DNA from: Nemertoderma westbladi
Taxonomy: Eukaryota > Animalia > Xenacoelomorpha
Assembly: GCA_032718475.1 (NCBI GenBank)
Contig: JAUCBJ010000412.1
Coordinates: 37,414-101,413 of the forward strand
Direction: 5' to 3'
Length of the DNA stretch: 64,000 nucleotides
This document shows, one piece after another, positions 38,479 to 50,714 of the stretch. The notes under the pieces are model-generated. The model was not told where the DNA came from. It worked only from the letters and a program-made list of their open reading frames with translations, and searched no databases. Numbering within the stretch: position 1 is the first letter of the stretch; every line of letters starts with the position of its first letter. The position numbers and the translations under genes were made by a program.

Positions 38479-38657
38479 CTAACATCGGAATTGGTATCGG
38501 CTTCTGATATATCCACTAATAGGCCGTCCTGGTGTTTTACACAAAGATTTACTGGGGTCCGCCCACCTGCGATAAAACCCTTGGCCTTCGCGTACAATTC
38601 TTCGTTGGAGGTAAATAATGCCAAACTAGTGACATTGAAAGCGGGTCCAATATCTAC
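38479..38657 (-). CDS. Unknown beta-rich protein, exon 2 (first 33 nt are the satellite unit)
   Basis: TTTTGTAG acceptor and GTAAGT donor. 179 nt, open frame VDIGPAFNVTSLALF...ADTNSDV, phase 2 joins exon 3 as AG+A. Confidence 0.75.
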
Positions 38658-40936
38658 CTACAAAATGTAAACACTAGTGACATTGAAAGCGGGTCCAATA
38701 TCTACCTACAAAATGTAAAGACTAGTGAGATTGAAAGCGGGTCCAATATCTACCTATAAAATGTAAAGACTAGTGAGATTGAAAGCGGATCCAATATCTA
38801 CCTACAAAATGTAAAGACTAGTGAGATTGAAAGCGGGTCCAATATCTACCTATAAAATGTAAAGACTAGTGAGATTGAAAGTGGGTCCAATATCTACCTA
38901 CAAAATGTAAAGACTAGTGAGATTGAAAGCGGGTCCAATATCTACCTATAAAATGTAAAGACTAGTGAGATTGAAAGTGGGTCCAATATCTACCTACAAA
39001 ATTTAAAGACTAGTGAGATTGAAAGCGGGTCCAATATCTACCTACAAAATGTAAAGACTAGTGAGATTGAAAGCGGGTCCAATATCTACCTACAAAATGT
39101 AAAGACTAGTCAGGTTGAAAGCGGGTCTAATATCTACCTATAAAATGTAAAGACTAGTGAGATTGAAAGCGGGTCCAATATCTACCTACAAAATGTAAAG
39201 ACTAGTGAGATTGAAAGCGGGTCCAATATCTACCTACAAAATGTAAAGACTAGTGAGAATGAAAGCAGGTCCAATATCTACCTACAAAATGTAAAGACTA
39301 GTGAGATTGAAAGCGGGTCCAATATCTACCTATAAAATGTAAAGACTAGTGAGATTGAAAGCGGGTCCAATATCTACCTACAAAATGTAAAGACTAGTGA
39401 GATTGAAAGCGGGTCCAATATCTACCTACAAAATGTAAAGACTAGTGAGATTGAAAGCGGGTCCAATATCTACCTACAAAATGTAAAGACTAGTGAGATT
39501 GAAAGCGGGTCCAATATCTACCTACAAAATGTAAAGACTAGTGACATTGAAAGTGGGTCCAATATCTACCTACAAAATGTAAAGACTAGTGACATTGAAA
39601 GCGGGTCCAATATCTACCTACAAAATGTAAAGACTAGTGACATTGAAAGTGGGTCCAATATCTACCTACAAAATGTAAAGACTAAAAGACTAGTGACATT
39701 GAAAGCGGGTCCAATATCTACCTACAAAATGTAAAGACTAGTGAGATTGAAAGCGGGTCCAATATCTACCTACAAAATGTAAAGACTAGTGACATTGAAA
39801 GCGGGGCCAATATCTACCTACAAAATGTAAAGACAAGTGAGATTGAAAGCGGGTCCAATATCTACCTACAAAATGTAAAGACTAGTGAGATTGAAAGCGG
39901 GTCCAATATCTACCTACAAAATGTAAAGACTAGTGAGATTGAAAGCGGGTCCAATATCTACCTATAAAATGTAAAGACTAGTGAGATTGAAAGTGGGTCC
40001 AATATCTACCTACAAAATGTAAAGACTAGTGAGATTGAAAGCGGGTCCAATATCTACCTACAAAATGTAAAGACTAGTGAGATTGAAAGCGGGTCAAATA
40101 TCTACCTACAAAATGTAAAGACTAGTGACATTGAAAGCGGGGCCAATATCTACCTATAAAATGTAAAGACTAGTGAGATTTAAAGCGGGTCCAATATCTA
40201 CCTACAAAATGTAAAGACTAGTGAGATTGAAAGCGGGTCCAATATCTACCTACAAAATGTAAAGACTAGTGAGATTGAAAGCGGGTCAAATATCTACCTA
40301 CAAAATGTAAAGACTAGTGACATTGAAAGCGGGGCCAATATCTACCTATAAAATGTAAAGACTAGTGAGATTGAAAGCGGGTCCAATATCTACCTACAAA
40401 ATGTAAAGACTAGTGACATTGAAAGCGGGTCCAATATCTACCTACAAAATGTAAAGACTAGTGAGATTGAAAGCGGGTCAAATATCTACCTACAAAATGT
40501 AAAGACTAGTGAGATTGAAAGCGGGTCCAATATCTATCTATAAAATGTAAAGACTAGTGAGATTGAAAGCGGGTCCAATATCTACCTACAAAATGTAAAG
40601 ACTAGTGAGATTGAAAGCGGGTCCAATATCTACCTACAAAATGTAAAGACTAGTGAGATTGAAAGCGGGTCCAATATCTACCTACAAAATGTAAAGACTA
40701 GTGAGATTGAAAGCGGGTCCAATATCTACATACAAAATGTAAAGACTAGTGACATTGAAAGCGGGTCCAATATCTACCTACAAAATGTAAAGACTAGTGA
40801 GATTGAAAGCGGGTCCAATATCTACCTACAAAATGTAAAGACTAGTGAGATTGAAAGCGGGTCCAATATCTACCTACAAAATGTAAAGACCAGTGAGATT
40901 GAAAGCGGGTCCAATATCTACCTACAAAATGTAAAG
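38626..40936. repeat. 48-bp tandem satellite, ~48 copies
   Basis: Unit ACTAGTGAGATTGAAAGCGGGTCCAATATCTACCTACAAAATGTAAAG. Confidence 0.97.
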
Positions 40937-41607
40937 ACTAAAAGACAAGTGACATTGAAAGTGGATCCAATATCTACTGTACCTACAAGATGTAAAGACT
41001 AAAAGACAAGTGACATTGAAAGTGGATCCAATATCTACTGTACCTACAAGATGTAAAGACTAAAAGACAAGTGACATTGAAAGTGGATCCAATATCTACT
41101 GTACCTACAAGATGTAAAGACTAAAAGAGAAGTGACATTGAAAGTGGATCCAATATCTACTGTACCTACAAGATGTAAAGACTAAAAGACAAGTGACATT
41201 GAAAGTGGATCCAATATCTACTGTACCTACAAGATGTAAAGACTAAAAGAGAAGTGACTTTGAAAGTGGATCCAATATCTACTGTACCTACAAGATGTAA
41301 AGACTAAAAGACAAGTGACATTGAAAGTGGATCCAATATCTACTGTACCTACAAGATGTAAAGACTAAAAGACAAGTGACATTGATAGTGGATCCAATAT
41401 CTACTGTACCTACAAGATGTAAAGACTAAAAGACAAGTGACATTGAAAGTGGATCCAATATCTACTGTACCTACAAGATGTAAAGACTAAAAGACAAGTG
41501 ACATTGAAAGTGGATCCAATATCTACTGTACCTACAAGATGTAAAGACTAAAAGACAAGTGACATTGAAAGTGGATCCAATATCTACTGTACCTACAAGA
41601 TGTAAAG
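40937..41607. repeat. 61-bp variant satellite, ~11 copies
   Basis: The 48-mer with 8-nt and 5-nt insertions. Confidence 0.95.
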
Positions 41608-41794
41608 TAGTGAAAAAATGAAAAACAGTACAGGTTACGGTAATTTGTATAATAGGCCTACAGTAATGCGCACAGTAAATAATAAAAATGTATCCCTCTC
41701 CAGGGGAAATTCAACCTAAGTAACAGCAAGCAGTGAAATAAAATTGGGATATCGCAAAATTATCACGTTGGGTTGCGAAGTTTTTTTACCTTAC

Positions 41795-41845
41795 CTCAAT
41801 GTCGTATCCCTCTTGAGACCTGTTCAGTAATCCTATAAAATTCAT
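41795..41845 (-). CDS. Unknown beta-rich protein, putative exon 1 (MNFIGLLNRSQEGYDIE)
   Basis: ATG at 41845 and phase-0 donor GAG|GTAAGG matching exon 2. Could instead be an internal exon using the acceptor at 41833. Confidence 0.55.
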
Positions 41846-43879
41846 TTTTATTATTAAACTCTTCGTTAGGTGGCGTCATTCCTTTCGTACACATACGATT
41901 TGACGTGCTGTTTTACTACTCCAGAAGTCAATCCAATTCATTAATTATTACAAAGTAGACCTACAGATACCGTGTACCGTTTATAATAGTCATTTGGTTT
42001 AGTTCTGTTTGTTATATTCCTTTTATTTTAACGTTAGGTATGTAGTAAGCTTAATTGTTTAATAAATACAGACTCAACAATATGTACTGTACAATTCGTA
42101 AAATGTACTTTTCGAAACGAATAACGGCTAATAACATGTTTATTTAGTTATTAATATTTATTTAATCACCCGTTATTTACAGTATTTTATATATTCTGGT
42201 TACTGTCTGGCTTTAATATAGAAATGTTGGCACGAAAGTACTATTACTTAACTACAATAGTTAGCAAGTCGTAATTAATGAATGTACATAAAGATACTGG
42301 ATACATATTGGAATTTTGTTTTCTTCACAGAATAATAATAGAGTAATGTTATATAATATATATTATTACATTTGGCATTCAATAATAATTATGTGTAGGT
42401 AGACTTACTGTAGTGTAGAGTTGAGGTAAACAAGATATTGTACGTACATTGTTGGCCCACTCACATTTAATTCTATTCTTTCGATTCTACAACTTCTACT
42501 GTACCACATTATATAGCCTACTTGGCTACTTCATAATGGTACTTCCTTCATTTAAATTTCCATTATGTAGATCCACTACGGTACTACGGACCTATATGGA
42601 AGGAATAAGGTAGGGCTACTTTAGTTTTCTGATTCTCGTGGATCTGATTGGTTTCATTCGCTACGTTCGTTCATTTAATCTACCCACTACCATTCGGTTC
42701 TGCGCAATGAAAAGTGTAAACATTGTTTACACACAAGTATGCTAATATAGTTTATCCAACTACAAGGTTACATTAATATTATTATATGAAAAAATGAAAT
42801 AATAATTTAACTATAGAGTTATGTGGCTAACGCCAACATATAAACCAAAATACAAAATTAAACAAACACAAATATATATTTTCACCAACTCAGAAATTGC
42901 TGATAGATAAACTTAGGGATTTTCCGAAGCATTTTTAGTTGTGTACACATAAATGCGGCTAAAGTTAATTTAAAAACGTTAAAATTTGAAGAGATTATTT
43001 GAAGGCATATTCCCTATATTGGGTGTATTAATATAACATACCAATAACCACTGAGTTAACATTAAGCGAATATAGCAGCTGCCCAAAATAGTCAGTGATT
43101 TAGAGTAGATTTGTAATACTTGTCAATCTCTTTCAGCCACAATCCCTTTCAGCCACTACAGAATGTATGTAATAATATTGGTAGGGTTAGGGCTCCTTGC
43201 CTGGTTGCAACTCTAGGCCTACCACTGAATATAGTGTAGGACTCACTCCGTCACTCATTTATTTTGGTAGTGGGGTGGCTAAATAGCTGAGGGTATGTAT
43301 CGTTAGGTCCGATCGAATTCCGAGCTTCTCCAGAAATCAGTGTAACGCAAAATTGAGCCTCCGCCACGCCGACTGCCTTAATGGTTAAAGGGTCCACTGG
43401 GATATAAATTATTGAAACCTATGTGAAAGGTTCCACAAACTAGTTATATTCCGAGCTGTGTTAAAAGATTTAGCGTTTTGAAGAAATGGACAAGGAATTA
43501 ACTTCGAAAATCGCCACAAATAACAGCTGATTACTCTCAAAAATAAATCTGTAATCTGTTCTATTGAATTTAGTTTATTGTTCTGATTAGAATAATATGA
43601 CATTGTAATCTGTTCTTTTCCCTTAATTAATAAAATATTTAATCTTATTCTTGTAACTGTTGGCGACACCTTGAGGTATGCTGATTCCTGATGGAATTTT
43701 CGAATGGTCGATATTGTTGTTGCCAAATTAGATAATTTTGACATAAAAAGCAAAACGTAACGTAAAGTTATCGGTGAGAGTGAAACAGCGGAAGCAACCC
43801 GTAGGTTTCTCTCTCTTGGCTGTTACCTGTAAGGCAGGGTGGGCGCCACACTGACTCCCAATGGTGAACACTACATAAC

Positions 43880-44025
43880 TATCCAATCCTTTCTTTCTAT
43901 AGACAGGTTCCTATTGTACCGCTGGGTTTGCGTAAGTACTAATGTCGGTTTCTTGTCTAGAGACACAATGCTAAATTTCTACAGCCTTTAGTCGGATTTG
44001 AACCTGCACCGCCTAACACTAGGCC
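43880..44025 (-). mobile_element. Degenerate tRNA-derived SINE
   Basis: Minus strand shows B-box GGTTCAAATCC, followed by TTGTGTCTCTAGACAAGA and ACCCAGCGGTACAATAGG, resembling conserved SINE central domains. Confidence 0.45.
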
Positions 44026-44109
44026 CTACAATGATATGATATGATACTACAATATGATATGATAGGGGTATGACTGGCTGGGAGAAAAAGCCAATCAACC
44101 ACCAAGGTT

Positions 44110-44400
44110 AAGGCAGAATCTCCAGCTGATCGCTTGGTTGGAAGTCCCACTTCCAACTGCAAAAGCTGCTAATTAATGACAGGGTATTGCCTGATAACTT
44201 TATAGATGTAAAAGTGTCTGTACTCCCAGATATTCCCATTGGCGATATCTTCATTGCTGATGTGAACGCTGCTACAAACAGCATTACGACCAATCGTGCC
44301 GGTGAAGTAGATGGTGTTCCCCCTAAGGTCTTTAAAATTCCTGAGTGTTTGAAGCTCATTTATCCCATCATAATAAATGATAACTGCAGCTTTGTGGAAA
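44110..44400 (+). mobile_element. RTE-type LINE fragment (region preceding RT core)
   Basis: WKSHF...DVNAATNSITTNRAGEVDGVPPKVFK resembles the KA.G.DGIP.E..K motif. Confidence 0.65.
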
Positions 44401-44561
44401 TGTAAGATTACGGGTGCTGACTGTAGAGTAGACAGTTGATACTGATAGTAGGTGTATGTATGTATAGCAATATTAGTTTCAGTTTCACAGCAGCGGAACG
44501 TTTATAGTAATTATTATTATTATTATTCCATTTACTAACTTTTAAAGGTCATTTATTACAT

Positions 44562-45573
44562 ATAGAGGATGGCACATACACTCGGAACCTGTGCTGGGAT
44601 AGAGGATGGCACATACACTCGGAACCTGTGCTGGGATAGAGGCTGGCACATACACTCGGAACCTGTGCTGGGATAGAGGATGGCACATACACTCGGAACC
44701 TGTGCTGGGATAGAGGATGGCACATACACTCGGAACCTGTGCTGGGATAGAGGCTGGCACATACACTCGGAACCTGTGCTGGGATAGAGGATGGCACATA
44801 CACTCGGAACCTGTGCTGGGATAGAGGCTGGCACATACACTCGGAACCTGTGCTGGGATAGAGGCTGGCACATACACTCGGAACCTGTGCTGGGATAGAG
44901 GATGGCACATACACTCGGAACCTGTGCTGGGATAGAGGCTGGCACATACACTCGGAACCTGTGCTGGGATAGAGGATGGCACATACACTCGGAACCTGTG
45001 CTGGGATAGAGGATGGCACATACACTCGGAACCTGTGCTGGGATAGAGGCTGGCACATACACTCGGAACCTGTGCTGGGATAGAGGATGGCACATACACT
45101 CGGAACCTGTGCTGGGATAGAGGCTGGCACATACACTCGGAACCTGTGCTGGGATAGAGGCTGGCACATACACTCGGAACCTGTGCTGGGTGAACGGCAC
45201 ATACACTCGGAACCTGTGCTGGGATAGAGGCTGGCACATACACTCGGAACCTGTGCTGGGTGAACGGCACATACACTCGGAACCTGTGCTGGGATAGAGG
45301 CTGGCACATACACTCGGAACCTGTGCTGGGATAGAGGATGGCACATACACTCGGAACCTGTGCTGGGATAGAGGCTGGCACATACACTCGGAACCTGTGC
45401 TGGGATAGAGGCTGGCACATACACTCGGAACCTGTGCTGGGTGAACGGCACATACACTCGGAACCTGTGCTGGGATAGAGGCTGGCACATACACTCGGAA
45501 CCTGTGCTGGGTGAACGGCACATACACTCGGAACCTGTGCTGGGATAGAGGCTGGCACATACACTCGGAACCT
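44562..45573. repeat. 37/33-bp satellite, left part
   Basis: Unit CACATACACTCGGAACCTGTGCTGGGATAGAGG(C/A)TGG and 33-bp variant ending GGGTGAACGG. Confidence 0.97.
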
Positions 45574-46188
45574 CATTATCATTTATCATTATATTTATTT
45601 CTCCAATCAAACAATAAGAAATTGCAATACACTTTCATAATTAAATCAATACTTATAAATGATGACTGAAGCTGGCTGACTGCTAATAGCCTGGAGCTAG
45701 TGGACGCAATCAGCCAGGTGTTAAGCTAAGTATCAGACATGAAATATTATTTTACTACCTTGGGTATTTATATTATGACACATTTTTTTATATCCTTAAA
45801 TACTCTCCGGCCCAAAAAATGAAATATTTATAGAACCATTAACTAAATTTATTGTGATACTATTGACCGATACCTACTTGGTTGAGACTAAAATTTGAAA
45901 TTGAAAGAGTGGATGATGGCGATTTTATTTAAATAGGAATGATGTTTAATTAATTGACCAAAACAGAGTAGATTCAGAGAAAAGTTATTGATAATTTATT
46001 TATACAATTTGAAGTAAAAATAGTTAGGATGTTACGGGCGGCAATTTTTGTGAAGTCTTATATAGGTCAGGAAGTTAAATTTTAAATTTTGCACAAGAGT
46101 ATCCAGTATATAAAAAAAAATAAAAAATAATAATAAATAAATAGGGAGAAGTGTCAAATTTGTAAATTTTATTTGCAATAAAAATATT

Positions 46189-49100
46189 TTATAGGTGCTG
46201 TAGGAGGTGCTTTTTCAGGTTTTTTGAAAACATTGCTATTGTTTTTTTTTTCCTAATCATCACCGGGATCTCGTTCCAAATAGACGGACCAAGATAACTA
46301 AGAGAGCGTTGAGTTGAGCTGAGACGTACTAGTGGAAGTTGAATATTCCCTTGGGTGGCTGATCTTGTATTATAATTATGGCAGTCTTTAATTTTATTGA
46401 AAAATAGCTTTGAGATATTTGTAGGGGCTAAATTGTTGTTACATCTGTATACAAACCTACCTATTTCGTACTTATAAAGCAAATCTAAGGGAAGGATATT
46501 TAATGATTTGTAAATGGGATTTGCCGATGAACGATGGTGGCTGAAGGTAATACATCGTAATAATTTATTGATTTTTATTCTGAGTGGTTTAATAATGCTT
46601 TCATAAGTTCCCCCCCAAAGTATGATTCCGTAAATTAAGTATGGGTGAATTAAAGAAAAATAAAGTAATCTTAAGATATTTAATGGGAATATATGCCTCA
46701 GTTTGAAAAATATACCAGAAAATTTTGAAATTTTTTTAGTTATGTATTGAATGTGACTTCTCCAGTTTAATTTATTATCCACCCACACCCCTAAAAATTT
46801 AGTTACATGTACTTGTTTTATTTTATTGGTGTTAATATGTACTATTGGCGTATTTGTAAAGTCTTTTAAAGTATATGAAAACAATTCGTATTCAGTTTTT
46901 GATAGATTTAAAGATAATTTATTGTCGATTAACCAATTCGAAATTTTAGCTAGTTCACAGTTTGTGGCTTCAATTAAAACATTAATATTATTATTTGATG
47001 TATAAAGGGTAGTATCATCTGCAAAAAGGGTACAGTTAAGATTTGTTGCATTGGGTAGATCGTTGATGTAAAGTAGGAATAAGTTTGGTGACATTATACT
47101 ACCCTGGGGAACCCCACAAGCCAGTGGTAAATTTATTGAATTGCAATCATCTATGGAAACGTATTGAAATCTGTTTGATAAAAAGTTTGAAATTAGGTCG
47201 TGAGGTTTTCCTCTTATGCCATAGTTGAGTAATTTATTTTTAAGAATTTTGTGATCTAAAGTATCATATGCTTTTTTTAAATCAATAAAGATAGCACTGG
47301 TTGTGTGTTTGTGTTCTAGAACATTTTGAATATGATTTATTACTGAGAGTAGAGCATCGGAAGTTGTTGTCTTAGGTCGAAAACCGTATTGTGAACTAGT
47401 CAAAATTCCAAACTTTAATATAAAAGACTGAAGTTGGTTATTTATTATTTTTTCAAATATTTTGCTAAGAACTGGTAAAAGTGAAATAGGACGGTAATTA
47501 TTTGGGTCGGTGGGGTCCCCCCCTTTAAAAGATGGAATAATTTTAGCAATTTTTAGAGAGTCGGGGAAGAAACCTCGTTGAATTGATAGATTTATAAGAG
47601 GAGCTAGGAGAAATGACAGAGGTTTAGCAGCCAGTATAAGAAGTTTAGTTGGAAATGTGTCATTGGTTCCTGATTTTGGATTTAAATGCAAGAGTTCATA
47701 TTCAACTTCCACCGGCGATGTCTCAACTAATGAGAACGAACTGGAGCTATTAAACTTAATATTCCGTGTTGGAGAGCGGTTTGATGAGGGAATTGAGCTT
47801 GCCAACTCTGGACCAATATTAGCGAAATGGGTGTTAAGAATGTTAGCAATTTTTAATTTATCTGTAAATGTTTCAATTTTATCCCCTTCTTTAACAGTTA
47901 TTTTTTTTGGAATGTTTAATTTTTTTTGTCTATTTAAAGCTGAGTTTATTATGAGCCAGGTTTTTCTAGTGTTGTTTGAATTTGATGTGAATTTGTTCGT
48001 ATAATAATTTTTCTCTGCAATTTTCAGGCATGAAGTTAATTTATTACGATATGTTTTAAATTTATTTAAGTTTTCTGTTGTGGGATTTTTTAAATATTTT
48101 CGGAATAATGTATTCTTCTTGCGGGAGCATTTTATTAAAGAGGTGGTTATCCAGGGTTTTTTGGGGGAATTGCGTTGACTTATTTTTTTTTTGGTTACAT
48201 GATTCGAACAAATGTTTTCTAGATTTTCATAAAATTTATTAAATTTTTCATTATCTGGTATTAAACTGGATTTGTAAGACCAAGAGCTTTCCAGTTTAAT
48301 ATCTTTTATGAATTTATCGGCCTTAAAATTTGAGTAATCAAAAATGGTATTGTGTGTTGGGTCTGAAAAATGGCAAGAACAGTTTCTAAAAATTGAAAAG
48401 CAAGGTAAGTGGTCCGATGTACCAATTTGCGCTAAGATTGTGCCTGCGGTTGTAAAAGAAGTTGTTATGTTTGTTATAATGTGATCAATTAATGAATCGT
48501 CTGAGCCTTCAACTCTTCTAGTAGCCGTTGTTATTAACTGGAGAAAACCGAAGGAATTTAATAAATTTGTATATTCACGTGCTTGGCAAGTATTTTTCAA
48601 TAAGTTTACATTTAGATCTCCTGTTAAAATTACATCAAGTTTTTTATTTGACAAATTTGCTAATAAAGAATCTAAAGAGTTTAAAAAACATTCAAATTTA
48701 ATTGCTCCAGTTCGGTAAATAGTTCCAATAATTAAGGGTTTTGCATTGCTTGTGCATTTGATCTCAATAAACACGTTTTCCAAACCCTCGACCCGTAAGT
48801 CAGGCCTTTGATTAACTTCATAATTTTCATTTACAAAAATTGCCGACCCGCCTCTCTTTGTTTCCCTACAATCTAAATATGGTCCCTTATATCCAGCAAT
48901 TTTGAAAAAATTTAATAGTTCTTCATCATCCTTTTTTACAAAAGTTTCGGTAAAAGTTAGAATATCTACTTTATTTTCAAGAGAAAGGAGAAAATCAATT
49001 GTTGGTTGAAAATTTTTGTTAAGACTTCTACAATTAAAATTCAGAACGGATAATGATTTTTTAGATAAATTTTTGTTAATTTCTTCATTTAACTGACTCT

Positions 49101-49479
49101 CTGAATAATCTCCTTTGTTGTGGTTAAGGTTGATGATATTGTCTTCAGGATCTATGAAACTAAAAGTTTGATTAACAATGTCACTCGGTTCATCATTCTC
49201 AGCTAGTGGTGAGAAGAAAATATCATCATCAGTTACATCAATACATGCAAAGGGGAAAATTTCGCAGTAACAAAAGTTACAATAGGTATCTAGGTTCGGT
49301 GGACGGTCAATAGTTTCACAAAGCATTTGGGATCCGCATGGTAAATGAAAACTCTTATTACACAAATCGCACTTAAATTTAGGTTCATGAGGAAATATTT
49401 CTGAAAAACAAAAATGACAATAATTTGTGGGTGAAATATTACTAAGGGCCGGAGGTGAAACATGATGTCTATTTGACAT
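46189..49479 (-). CDS. LINE ORF2: PHD-like zinc finger + APE endonuclease + reverse transcriptase
   Basis: CHFC..CDLC..H..C..CNFC; NCRSL, TETF, GDLN, SLIDH, SDH; YRPISLL, DLKKAYD, GVPQGS, FADDT, KFLG. Confidence 0.97.
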   Translation of the reverse strand: MSNRHHVSPPALSNISPTNYCHFCFSEIFPHEPKFKCDLCNKSFHLPCGSQMLCETIDRPPNLDTYCNFCYCEIFPFACIDVTDDDIFFSPLAENDEPSDIVNQTFSFIDPEDNIINLNHNKGDYSESQLNEEINKNLSKKSLSVLNFNCRSLNKNFQPTIDFLLSLENKVDILTFTETFVKKDDEELLNFFKIAGYKGPYLDCRETKRGGSAIFVNENYEVNQRPDLRVEGLENVFIEIKCTSNAKPLIIGTIYRTGAIKFECFLNSLDSLLANLSNKKLDVILTGDLNVNLLKNTCQAREYTNLLNSFGFLQLITTATRRVEGSDDSLIDHIITNITTSFTTAGTILAQIGTSDHLPCFSIFRNCSCHFSDPTHNTIFDYSNFKADKFIKDIKLESSWSYKSSLIPDNEKFNKFYENLENICSNHVTKKKISQRNSPKKPWITTSLIKCSRKKNTLFRKYLKNPTTENLNKFKTYRNKLTSCLKIAEKNYYTNKFTSNSNNTRKTWLIINSALNRQKKLNIPKKITVKEGDKIETFTDKLKIANILNTHFANIGPELASSIPSSNRSPTRNIKFNSSSSFSLVETSPVEVEYELLHLNPKSGTNDTFPTKLLILAAKPLSFLLAPLINLSIQRGFFPDSLKIAKIIPSFKGGDPTDPNNYRPISLLPVLSKIFEKIINNQLQSFILKFGILTSSQYGFRPKTTTSDALLSVINHIQNVLEHKHTTSAIFIDLKKAYDTLDHKILKNKLLNYGIRGKPHDLISNFLSNRFQYVSIDDCNSINLPLACGVPQGSIMSPNLFLLYINDLPNATNLNCTLFADDTTLYTSNNNINVLIEATNCELAKISNWLIDNKLSLNLSKTEYELFSYTLKDFTNTPIVHINTNKIKQVHVTKFLGVWVDNKLNWRSHIQYITKKISKFSGIFFKLRHIFPLNILRLLYFSLIHPYLIYGIILWGGTYESIIKPLRIKINKLLRCITFSHHRSSANPIYKSLNILPLDLLYKYEIGRFVYRCNNNLAPTNISKLFFNKIKDCHNYNTRSATQGNIQLPLVRLSSTQRSLSYLGPSIWNEIPVMIRKKKTIAMFSKNLKKHLLQHL

Positions 49480-49819
49480 AACCTAATAATAACTATAAAA
49501 TAAGTACCAGAATTACTCAACTCAAGTATTTGACAGCTTACCAGTAGGTACCAATACCAATACCAGTAGGTCTTGTAAGTAATTTTCCAAAAAAAAGAAA
49601 TCCAAAATAACCGCGCTAAAAATATGTAACATTTAATCACTATATTACATCGTATTTTCGTAAAGTACTTTGTATATATACGTACCGGAATTATGTTATT
49701 GATATAATAGGGTTGGTGCGGAAAAAAACATATTACAGTTTTAAGTAGGCCTAATTATGTTTTGTCTAACTTTTACATAACTGCTTTGGACAGGAATATA
49801 GGTCTATATCAATATATAT

Positions 49820-50548
49820 TTATGAAACTGTCGAGTTTGACCTTGTTCCCCTGCGATTCATGTCGGAAGTTGTCGTAGATGATCCGCGATCCTTCGCCCA
49901 TTCTTTAATGGAATCCACGTCCACGTCGGAGTGAATGTAGATAGGAAGAGAAGTCTTCGATTTCTTCACGACAATGTTGCCATTGTAAGAGTAGGCCGCA
50001 TGAATTTTATTCGATTTACTTAATGACGCTAGCTGGCGTAGTTGACTCGCACGTCGCGGGGTTAGGTGTTCCGATAGATATATAGAGCCGCCCAGCGATT
50101 TCGCATTAGCAAATGCAGTGATTCGGGATCCGTGTCCATAGAATTTGATGATAATGGGACGTGTTTTCGGTTTAATTTCGTTCGTCGTAGTCTCAATTGA
50201 GGAAGCTTCGTTGTTCTGAGCGCGCCCGAGGCGGTGGAATATATCTATTGCGTTCCAGTTGAGACCTAGTGTTTCGATTAGTTTCTTCACTGTGTTAGTT
50301 TCGGATTCTCGATTGGGTGATTCAGTCACACCGTGAATTAGTAAGTGTGACCTTCGGATATATTGCGCTAAGTCGTCGTTTTGTTGTTCTAGTTTCGAAT
50401 TCTTTAGATTAAGGGATTCTATCTCGGTTGCGTGCTGTTGTTTAAGGACACTGATTTCCGAGCGGAGACTTTTTATTTCATCAATTAAGTCTTTTCTTAA
50501 GGCAGATAGAGAATCCATGATTGCATCGAGAGTAAGTTTGGGGGGCAT
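49820..50548 (-). CDS. LINE ORF1 (coiled coil + RRM + CTD)
   Basis: Heptad region, RRSHLLIHGVTE, HRLG, RPIIIKF, IYLSEHLT, YSYNGNIVVK. Likely ATG at 50548 (MPPK). Confidence 0.9.
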   Translation of the reverse strand: MPPKLTLDAIMDSLSALRKDLIDEIKSLRSEISVLKQQHATEIESLNLKNSKLEQQNDDLAQYIRRSHLLIHGVTESPNRESETNTVKKLIETLGLNWNAIDIFHRLGRAQNNEASSIETTTNEIKPKTRPIIIKFYGHGSRITAFANAKSLGGSIYLSEHLTPRRASQLRQLASLSKSNKIHAAYSYNGNIVVKKSKTSLPIYIHSDVDVDSIKEWAKDRGSSTTTSDMNRRGTRSNSTVS

Positions 50549-50714
50549 ATTTGACAACTCAATAGAGTAATCGCACGCCGAGCGACGGAACAATGAGTTA
50601 ATAGCAATGCAAGTCTGATAGTGGGGGTATGGAAGTAAAATGGACCTACCGGTACCGGTACTTAGTAAACCTATGTATACATACGTCTGTCACCTAGCTC
50701 TCCTCAACCTCTCT

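Larger units (their letters stand above)
45574..50714 (-). mobile_element. Full-length CR1/L2-group (Crack-like) LINE, 5141 bp, 10-bp TSD
   Basis: CTCGGAACCT duplicated at 45564-45573 and 50715-50724. Two intact ORFs. 3' end AATAAA followed by short ATAATG-type repeats. Confidence 0.93.

Noticed and set aside
38626-41607. CRISPR-like appearance of the regular arrays (also 44562-54637)
   Set aside because: No unique spacers, no cas genes, eukaryotic context.
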